A DNA stretch of 44,067 bases, taken from assembly GCF_004010195.1 (NCBI RefSeq), contig NC_057718.1, positions 72,069,469-72,113,535 of the forward strand, written 5' to 3'. The position numbers and the translations under genes were made by a program. The notes under the pieces are model-generated. The model saw only the letters and a list, made by a program, of their open reading frames with translations, did no database searches and was not told where the DNA came from. Shown piece by piece: positions 35,330 through 44,067 of this stretch. This DNA is from Chiloscyllium plagiosum. Its lineage: Eukaryota. Position 1 is the stretch's first letter; the number at the start of each line of letters is the position of its first letter.

Positions 35330-35495
35330 AGAACATAGAACATTACAGCGCAGTACAGGCCCTTTGGCCCTTGATGTTGTGCCAACCTGTGAATTTAATC
35401 TGAAGCCCATCTAATCTATGTTATTCCATGCTAATCCACAGGCCTATCCAATGAACACTTGTGTGCCCTTAAAGTTGGCGAGTTTCTACTGTTGC
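35330..35495 (-). mobile_element. CR1 3' tail
   Basis: (TAGAACA)n followed by cagtacaggccctttggccc. Confidence 0.75.
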
Positions 35496-35497
35496 AA

Positions 35498-35571
35498 AAG
35501 CACCGCTGGGTTTTGAACCCAGGATTACCTGTTTACAAGGCAGGTGTTTCAAACAGTTAAGCCACAGCACG
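35498..35571 (-). pseudogene. tRNA-Thr pseudogene (anticodon TGT)
   Basis: Reverse complement gtgctgtggcttaactgtttgaaacacctgccttgtaaacaggtaatcctgggttcaaaacccagcggtgc aligns end to end with vertebrate tRNA-Thr; D-loop GG and T-loop are mutated. Confidence 0.75.
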
Positions 35572-36168
35572 CTCTGTAAACAGACACTGCAAGTTTGAAT
35601 CAGCCACTTGCAAACCCCAACGCTGCACCCGGTCAATTCAAAAAGAATGATCAACAATTTGAAATCTTGAAGTTATTACACTTTGGGCAATGACACAACC
35701 AAAAACTACTAGATATTATAAGCCAGATTTGGAACGCTCGAACTGAAATCAAATTGGCAGAAGATTCTGGTAAACCCATCTTCTGGTTACAAACTGCTTG
35801 GTTTCAGATTAACTTGAATTACTTAGCCAGGAGACAAAGAAAACTCAGTTTTCAAAAGTGGAAAACTTGAAATTTGCCTTTATGAGCAAGAAAACAACAA
35901 TAGAGTTTGGGTTCCAAATCAGATCACAGATCAATGAAAAAGGATACATCATTTATCAGAAGATGACATCCAGGATGATTTAGGATATGAAGCCAACTGA
36001 ATTACAAGTAGTATTTATTTAGGCAAGGGATGTTCTCAATGAAGTAATGCAATTACTGTTTTTAAAGGTTTAAACTATTACAATTCAAAAGTGAAATCAA
36101 GCAACAGAATTTCTTTTGTACAACTTAAGCACGTTACATCGAGACAAGATTTGCAGACCCAGAAAACT

Positions 36169-36472
36169 GGGCGGCACGGTGGCTCAGTGGTGAGCACTGC
36201 TGCCTCACAGCACCAGAGAACCAGGTTCAATTCCCGCCTCAGGCAACTGTCTGTGTGCAGTTTGCACATTCTCCCAGTGTCTACGTGGCTTTCCCCCGGG
36301 TGCTCCGGTTTCCTCCCACAATCCAAAGATGTGCAGGTTAGGTGAATTGACAATGCTAAATTGCCCGTAGTGTTAGGTGTAGGGGAATGAGTTTGGGGGA
36401 GTTGCTCTTCGGAGGGTCGGTGTGGACTTGTTGGGCCGAAGGGCCTGTTTCCACAGTGTAAGTAATCTAAAC
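36169..36472 (+). mobile_element. HE1-type V-SINE
   Basis: Full SINE with head, V-domain and tail. Confidence 0.95.
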
Positions 36473-37217
36473 TAAATAAAATGGAGAAACTCAGCAGATT
36501 CAACAGCATTTGTGGAGAATAAAACTGAGTTAATATTTTGAATGAGTTATCTAATATCATGACAAACTGTTTCACCTAATCAAGAACTAAGAAATGATCC
36601 TGTGTTTGAAATGTACGTAAAGATTATTTCAGTGTGACTGCGGTGAATAGGTGAATTATCTGAATGTTAATTTTTTTTGGCAAGAAATGAAATACAGCTA
36701 ATGCAAAATACAAGACATGAAATAGGAGAGGTACAAATATTTGAGGGGACATATTGACTTTGGGCATGTTTCCCAAAGCTTTCCACCTTCTCTCTTGCGT
36801 CATATCTGGATGTGCTACGCATTAAAAGAGGTGGACTGCTTAACAACTCTTATTATTGTTAAGTCATGTAGTAACAGGATGAGAGATGGTGAAACAGATG
36901 GACACTGAACCATTTAATATAGTAATTTAAATGTTTCTCTTTCTGAATGAACAAAACTACCATTTAACCTAATCGACATTACTCAAATGAAAGAAAAGAC
37001 AAGTCTGAACAGACTTAACGGCATTTACTTGTTGAAAATAAAAGAATACAAAGAATCAAACAAATAAGTGAAACATACATACTATTTCACCGCATTATTT
37101 AAGAAAAATCATGGAATCAGAATTTGATCCCTTTGATACAAGTTTCACATCCATAAAATTCAACAGTGATCATATTAGAAAATATTTTCTCACTTTTCAT
37201 TTGAAAAAAATGCTTAC

Positions 37218-37346
37218 CTGTGCTCCACGATCGTTGACCAGCTCAACCGACCACCTCCCTTCATACTGAATCCACACAAAAATTCCTCCATCGGCATCAC
37301 ATGTTGCAAGTTTCTGAAATGGCTCATTCCATCGCACAAGTACCAC
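37218..37346 (-). CDS. TULP4: TULP4 coding exon (exon 2 equivalent), WD40 region
   Basis: Minus strand reads VVLVRWNEPFQKLATCDADGGIFVWIQYEGRWSVELVNDRGAQ (129 nt, phase 0). AG acceptor at 37348-37347 and GTAAG donor from 37217. Matches the TULP4 N-terminal sequence as I recall it. Not in the ORF track. Confidence 0.96.
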
Positions 37347-37694
37347 CTACACAAAATCAGTAACAATTAAGTACAGGAGTAATTCGGAACGAAAACTGCA
37401 AGATCAGAAGCTTAAAAAGATTCATTTTTAGTAGAGGGATACGATTAAAGAACTTAAAACGCACAATTCAATAAAGTAACTTTTAGTACAATACATCTCC
37501 ATATTCAGACAAATTATCTAAACAGTTGCAAAATAATAAAAATAGTTTTAAAATCTCAAAGATATTCCAGAAAGTTTCCTTGACAATTCTTTCCTTTGCA
37601 TGTCTGGAACAGATTCTGGCAGAATAAATCAGCCAAGTTTGGGGAGGAGGAAACACTTAGATATAATTGAGAATGTCTAAAGAATATAATAGAG

Positions 37695-38295
37695 AACATA
37701 GAACATAGAACAATACAGCACAGAACAGGCCCTTCAGCCTACGATGTTGTGCCGAACATTTGTCTTAGCTTAAGCACCCATCCATGTACCTATCCAATTG
37801 TCGCTTAAAGGTCGCCAATGATTCTGACTCTGCCACTCCCACAGGCAGCGCATTCCATGCCCCCACCACTCTCTGGGTAAAGAACCTACCCCTGACATCT
37901 CCCCTATACCTTCCACCCTTCACCTTAAATTTATGTCCCCTTGTTATACCCGGGGAAAAAGTTTCTGACTGTCTACTCTATCTATTCCTCTGATCATGTT
38001 ATAAACCTCCATCAAGTCACCCCTCATCCTTCGCCGTTCCAATGAGAAAAGGCCTAGCGCTCTCAATCTATCCTCGTACGACCTATTCTCCATTCCAGGC
38101 AACATCCTGGTAAATCTTCTCTGCACCCTCTCCAAAGCTTCCACATCTTTCCTAAAGTGAGGCGACCAGAAATGCATACAGTACTCCAAATGTGGCCTAA
38201 CCAAAGTCCTGTACAGCTGCAACATCACTTCACGACTCTTGAACTCAATCCCTCTGCTAATGAACGCTAATACACCATAGGCCTTCTTACAAGCT
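37695..38295 (-). mobile_element. CR1 3' fragment
   Basis: LYRTLVRPHLEYCMHFWSPHFRKDVEALERVQRRFTRM; (TAGAACA)n tail. Confidence 0.93.
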
Positions 38296-38835
38296 CAAGG
38301 GAAAGAGTTAAGTTCTGAGTTTTGTGAAACAAGAGGTTCAGCTGAACATGACTTAGGTCAGATAAGAACGTGCAGTTAACAACGGGGTGCTAGAGGCAAG
38401 GGTAATGGGTTAACAAGGTGGAAAAGCAGTCATTATGTAGAGCCATTTAACAATATTGGAAGAATTCAGTATGTAAGGTCAGTTAACAAGGTTAAAAGTA
38501 TTCATGATGTGAAGCCAGTTAAGGTTAAGAACGTTCATTGTCTAACACCAGATGGCTTAATCTTTGCTATTGGCATTCACTAATTATAAAGGTCACACAA
38601 TCAATATGTATGTTGCCTTATTTGGATCCTCCGTCCTATAAGATGACAATATAATTTATTAAGAAACTACTCTTCCGAAGAAGACCATGAACTCATGTCT
38701 CTGTGCACATGGACAATCGTTCTCTCTCCCTTCAGGGCCTGGAATGAAAATGGAGGTTAAACTACACTGTGTCTCAGCGTTTTGCATCGATTGGAGCGGG
38801 AAGACAGGATGACAATATTGGCGCAGTCGACCGGA

Positions 38836-39335
38836 NNNNNNNNNNNNNNNNNNNNNNNNNNNNNNNNNNNNNNNNNNNNNNNNNNNNNNNNNNNNNNNNN
38901 NNNNNNNNNNNNNNNNNNNNNNNNNNNNNNNNNNNNNNNNNNNNNNNNNNNNNNNNNNNNNNNNNNNNNNNNNNNNNNNNNNNNNNNNNNNNNNNNNNNN
39001 NNNNNNNNNNNNNNNNNNNNNNNNNNNNNNNNNNNNNNNNNNNNNNNNNNNNNNNNNNNNNNNNNNNNNNNNNNNNNNNNNNNNNNNNNNNNNNNNNNNN
39101 NNNNNNNNNNNNNNNNNNNNNNNNNNNNNNNNNNNNNNNNNNNNNNNNNNNNNNNNNNNNNNNNNNNNNNNNNNNNNNNNNNNNNNNNNNNNNNNNNNNN
39201 NNNNNNNNNNNNNNNNNNNNNNNNNNNNNNNNNNNNNNNNNNNNNNNNNNNNNNNNNNNNNNNNNNNNNNNNNNNNNNNNNNNNNNNNNNNNNNNNNNNN
39301 NNNNNNNNNNNNNNNNNNNNNNNNNNNNNNNNNNN
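38836..39335. other. Assembly gap
   Basis: N run. Confidence 0.99.
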
Positions 39336-39399
39336 ACAGAGAGAGAGACAGAGTCAGATACAGAGAGAAACCCACATTGCTAACTAACAGAGTTAACGG

Positions 39400-42300
39400 T
39401 TACTGCCTTTGCTGTTGAATTCATGTACTGCTGGACATTGGAGTGCGTCTGGGAAAATTAAACAACAGTGAAATTGACAACTGATCTTGGAGGAACTTGT
39501 TTGGGTTAGGTCACAGCACAGAAACAGATATGTGGATGTTTTAAGTCTGCAGTAGTGAGTGGAGTGGGTTCTTTCTTGGTTATATGTTTTATTGAGCTAT
39601 GTCTCTTGAATAAACTTAAAGTATAAGCCATAAGTATTCATTTAACCTGGCGCAGTGTTTTGTAGAGGAATAAGAGAGTGCTATTTTCTGGGTCTGTAGA
39701 CTGAAAGAAGCAAAAATTGCCCTTAGTAGAATGATATGCTTGTCTTGTCAGATGTGGGAGTTTAGGGACAGTTTATGGGTTACTGAGGATTTTATGTGCA
39801 GTAAATGCCATTGGCTGCAAATCCTATCAGATCGAATGGATCAGTTGGAGAGGCAGTTAAGAGGCAAATAGCAAGGGGATGTGATGGACAGCAGTTAATA
39901 GGAAGTGAGGGGGCGGAAGTCTCAGATGCAGTCACATAGATTGGTTAAATACAGGAAACGTAAGAGAGGTAGGCAGGTAGTGCAGGAGTCTTCTGTGGCC
40001 ATCCAGATTTCAAACAAGTATGCTGTTTTGGAAAATGTAGCGGGTGATGGGTTATCAGGGGAACATAGCATGAACAGCCAGGTTTTTGGTATTCAGACTG
40101 GCTCTAACATAATGGGAGATAGGTCAGGTTCCAAGCGATCTTAGGGACTCTTTAATCAGAGGTACAGACAGACATTTCTGCAGCCAGCAACAAAAAATCA
40201 GAATGATGTGTTGCTTCCCTGGTGGCAAGATCAAGGATGTCTCAGAGGGTGCAAAATGTTCTCAAGAGGGAGAGGGGCCAGGAGATGATCATTGTACACA
40301 TTGGAACCAACAACACAGGAAGGGAAAAGGTTGAAATTCTGAAGTGAGATTACAGAGAGTTAGGCAGGAATTTAAAAAGGAGGTCCTCGAGAGTAGGAAT
40401 ATCCGGGGGCTACGAGCTTTGAGGGCAGGAATAGGAGGATAGTACAGATGAATGCATGGCTGAGGAGCTGGTGTATGGGAGAAGGATTCACATGTTTGGA
40501 TCATTGGAAGCTGTTTTGGGGTAGAAGTGACCTGTACAAGGAGGACGGATTGCACATAAATTGGAAGGGGGCTAATATACTGGCAGGAGATTTGCTAGAA
40601 CTGCTCGGGAGGTTTTACACTAGTAAGTAGAGAAGTGGGGGTAGGGAAACCCATGGAGACAGTGAGGAAAGATTTTAATCTGAGACTGGTACAGGGCAGG
40701 CAGGGACAAAGCAGAAAACAAGGTAGGACCGATAAATTAAACTGCATTTATTTCAATGCAAGAGGCCTAACAGGGAAGGCAGATGAACTCAGGGCATGGT
40801 TAGGAACATGGGATGGGATATCATAGCAATTACAGAAAAATGGCTCAGGGATGGGCAGGACTGGCAGCTTAATGTTCCAGGATACAAATGCTACAGGAAG
40901 GATAGAAAGGGAGGTAAGAGAGGAGGGAGAGTGGTATTTTTGATAAGGGATAGCATTACAGCTGTACTGAGGGAGGTTATTCCCAGAAATACATCCAGGG
41001 AAGTTATTTGGGTGAACTGAGAAATAAGAAAGGGATGATCACCTTATCTGGATTGTATTATAGAACCCAGAATAGTCAGAGGAAAATTGAGAAAAATCTG
41101 GAAGGATATCTCATTCTGTAAGAATAATAGGGTGGTTTTGGCAGGGGATTTTAATGGTCGAAACATAGACTGGCATTGCCATAGTGTTAAGGGTTTAGAC
41201 GGAGCGGAATTTGTTCAGTGTCTACAAGAAAATGTTCTGATTCAGTACGTGGATGTACCTACTAGAGAAGGTGTAAAGCTTGGCCTAAACTTGGGAAAAA
41301 AGGCAGGGCAGGTGAGGTGTCAGTGGGGGAGCACTTTGGGGCCAGCTACCATAATTCTATTAGATTTAAAATAGTGATGGAAAAGGATAGACCAGATCTA
41401 AAAGTTGAAGATTTAAATTGGATGAGAGCCAATTTTGATGGTATGAGGCAAAAACTTTCAAAAGCTGATTGGGCACAGATGTTTGCAGGTAAAGGGACGG
41501 CTGGAAAATGGGAACCCTTTAGAAATGACATTACGAAAGTCCACAGAAAGTATATTCCTGTTACGGTGAAAGGAAAGGCTGGTAGGTGTAAGGGATGCTT
41601 GATGACGAGAGAAATTGAGGGTTTGGTTAAGAAAAAGAAGGAAGCCTATGTAAGGCATAGACAGGATAGATTGAGTGAATCCTTAGAAGAGTACAAAGGC
41701 AGTAGGAGTATAGTTAAGAGAGAAATCAGGAGGGCGAAAAGGGGACATGAGATAACTTTGGCAAATACAGTTAAGGAGAATCCAAAGGGTTTTTACAAAT
41801 ACATTAAGGACAAAAGGGAGAGAATTGGGCCCCTCAAAGATCAGCAAGGTGGTTTTTGTGTGGAGCGGAGGAGATGGGGGTGGGGTAGGGAGATACTAAA
41901 TGAGTGCATTAGTGTTTACTGTGGAAAAGGATATGGAAGGTATAGAGTGGAGGAAAATAGATGGTGACAGCTTGCAAAATGCCCATGTTACAGAGGAGGA
42001 AGTGCTGAATGTCTTGAAACACAAAGGTGGATAAATCCCCAGGATCTGATCAGGCGTAGCCTAGAACTCTGTGGGAAACTAGAAAAGTGATTGCCGCGCC
42101 TCTTACTGAGATATTTGTATCATCAATAGGCACAGGTGAGGTGCTGGAAGACTGGAAGTTGGCTAACATAGTGCCACTGTTTAAGAAAGGTGGCAAGGAC
42201 AAGCCAGGGAACTATAGACCAGTGAGCCTGACATCGGTGGTGGGCAAGGTATTGGAGGGAATCCTGAGGGACAGGCTGAGAAGTGGCAGATGGAGTTGAA

Positions 42301-43107
42301 TTCAGATAAATGAGAGGTGCTGCATTTTGGCAAAGCAAATCTTAGCAGGACTTGTACACTTAATGGTAAGGTCCTACGGAGTGTTGCTGAACAAAGAGAC
42401 CTTGGAGTGCAGGTTCATAGCTCCTTGAAAGTGGAGTTGCAGGTAGATAGGATAGTGAAGAAGGCGTTTGGTATGCTTTATTTTACTGGGCAGAGAATTG
42501 AGTACAGGAATTGGCAGGTCATGTTGTGGCTGTATAGGACATTGGTTAGGCCACTGATGGAATATTACATGCAATTCTGGTCTCCTTCCTATCGGAAAGA
42601 TGTTGTGAAACTTGAAAGGGTTCAGAAAAGATTTACAAGGATGTTGCCAGGGTTGGAGGTTTTGAGCTACAGGGAGAGGTCGAACAGGCTGGGGCTATTT
42701 TCCCTGGAGCATCAGAGGCTTAGAGGTGACCTTATAGAGGTTTACAAAATTATGAGGGCGTGGATAGGGTAAATAGGCAAAGTCTTTTCCCTGGGGTGGG
42801 AGAGTCCAGAACTTGAGGGCATACGTTTAGAGTGAGAGGGGAAAGATATAAAAGAGACCTAAGGGGCAACTTTTTCACACACAGGATGTTACGTGTATGG
42901 AATGAACTGCCAGAGGAAGTGGTGGAGGCTAGCACAATTGCAACATTCAAGAAGCGTTTGGATGGGTATATGAATAGGAAGGGTTTGGAGGGATATGGGC
43001 CGGGTGCTGGCAGGTGGGACTAGATTGGGTTGGGACATCTGGTCAGCATGGACGAGTTGGACCAAAGGGTCTGCTTCCATGCTGTACATTTCTATAACTC
43101 TATGACT
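39400..43107 (+). mobile_element. Long CR1 LINE: ORF1 (Zn finger, zipper, SGNH esterase) and ORF2 (APE; RT core deleted)
   Basis: CLSCQMWE...CSKC, ISNKYAVL, HIGTN, DGLH; YFNARGL, AITEKWL, GDFN; NYRPVSLTSVVGK; tail ctataactctatga. 5' boundary approximate. Confidence 0.92.
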
Positions 43108-43204
43108 AGAAGTTTATGGATTGCAATAAAGTTGATAATATAATAAATAGTGAACAGAGTAACAGACATCAAGAATTCAAAGGTTGAAACAGGCAGACAC
43201 AATT

Positions 43205-43350
43205 TACTGTAGTTAAATGTATAACTGTATTCATACTGATAACCACCTTGGCAAGGAAGGAATGAGAGAGGAAATGCAAAGATACTTTCAGCAGCTAACA
43301 TGGTCTCCAGAGTTTCTCCATTCACAGGCAAAGCACATCTTCAGACCACC
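43205..43350 (+). mobile_element. Internally deleted class I ERV integrase remnant
   Basis: atactgataaccaccttggcaaggaaggaatgag matches 8661-8694 and is joined to gaaatgcaaagatactttcagcagctaac matching 9338 onward. Confidence 0.85.
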
Positions 43351-43399
43351 ACCCACCCCTTCACAACCTGATCTGACTGATACAATCAGCTCCCCAGTC

Positions 43400-43726
43400 A
43401 TGAGCAAGAGAAGTGAAGAAGCTAATAACGGTGAAGAGGAGGTCAGTACGCTTTTTGTCAGTAGCGTTCCTGTGTACATTAAACCACGTGAGCTTTACCT
43501 TCTCTTTCGATCATTTAATAGATATGAAGGTTCACTGATCAAGCTAACATCACAATAGCCAATTGGCTTTATTACATGTAACAGCAGGCAGGAGGAGAAG
43601 CAGCAAACAAATGTTGGGTCCACCTAGCCTGCTACTGTAGCTGCAACTGTTGCACTTCACACTCAGATGTGCTGGTATCCTACATCTGAAGCAACTCTGA
43701 CAGGATGGAGGTCTCGTCAGCTTTGT
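43400..43726 (+). pseudogene. RBPMS2: Processed RBPMS2-like pseudogene (RRM start plus C-terminus, internal deletion)
   Basis: [47 protein letters not shown]...ALHTQMCWYPTSEATLTGWRSRQLC; no introns; stop at 43556-43558. PVxIK favours RBPMS2 over RBPMS. Confidence 0.88.
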
Positions 43727-43901
43727 TCAGTATTGAATTGTCCTTATCCAAGAATTCAGATGTCTCCGTGGAGTGATGCACAAGGACAGGCTGAATTTTG
43801 TTTTCACGTTGGACTTTACTAAAGGGGATTTTGGAGAACTGGCTCGTTTCCATTTGACTTGGAGGGTCACCAAGGACTGTGAATTTAAAAACTTTACTGG
43901 T

Positions 43902-44067
43902 GGGGGGATCCAAGATGGCGGCGACCCAGTAAGACTGAGTCTATAGTGCTCCTCCCAAGACTTGGGCACAGTGGGTCACCTACCCCCTACCAAGCTCACC
44001 AAATCATTTATAAATCATTTATAATAGTTTAGTAACTGAATTAGTGGTGTAATATTATATTTAAGCA
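43902..44067 (+). mobile_element. Probable 5' end of an L1-type LINE
   Basis: GGGGGGATCCAAGATGGCGGCG: G-run plus YY1 motif typical of L1 5' termini; runs off the window. Confidence 0.5.

Noticed and set aside
38410..38552. CRISPR-like array
   Set aside because: Eukaryotic context; units are degenerate tandem repeats without unique spacers.
43217..43558. Functional RBPMS2 gene or exon
   Set aside because: Premature stop, conserved RRM residues altered, internal deletion, no introns, and antisense inside a TULP4 intron.

Overview
Vertebrate genomic DNA, almost certainly an elasmobranch (shark): HE1-type V-SINEs with CR1/HER1 tails, CR1, L2, RTE and Penelope-like elements, plus three N-gaps. 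The window lies inside the TULP4 gene on the minus strand. Two coding exons are present (37218-37346 and 25686-25847); the rest is intron packed with nested retroelements. Main observations: (1) a ~10-kb decayed provirus (12183-22183) with a tRNA-Asn PBS, coiled-coil Gag-like region, foamy-like PR/RT motifs, two RNase H domains, integrase and a TM-bearing env-like remnant, i.e. lokiretrovirus- or spuma-like; (2) a 5'-truncated class I ERV with a recognisable env TM and a related solo LTR; (3) an intronless RBPMS2 copy joined in frame to an ERV integrase remnant; (4) several Penelope-like families carrying minimal hammerhead ribozymes; (5) a Gmr1-like LTR element remnant and a tRNA-Thr pseudogene. 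All family assignments come from motif recognition by eye; no searches were run.
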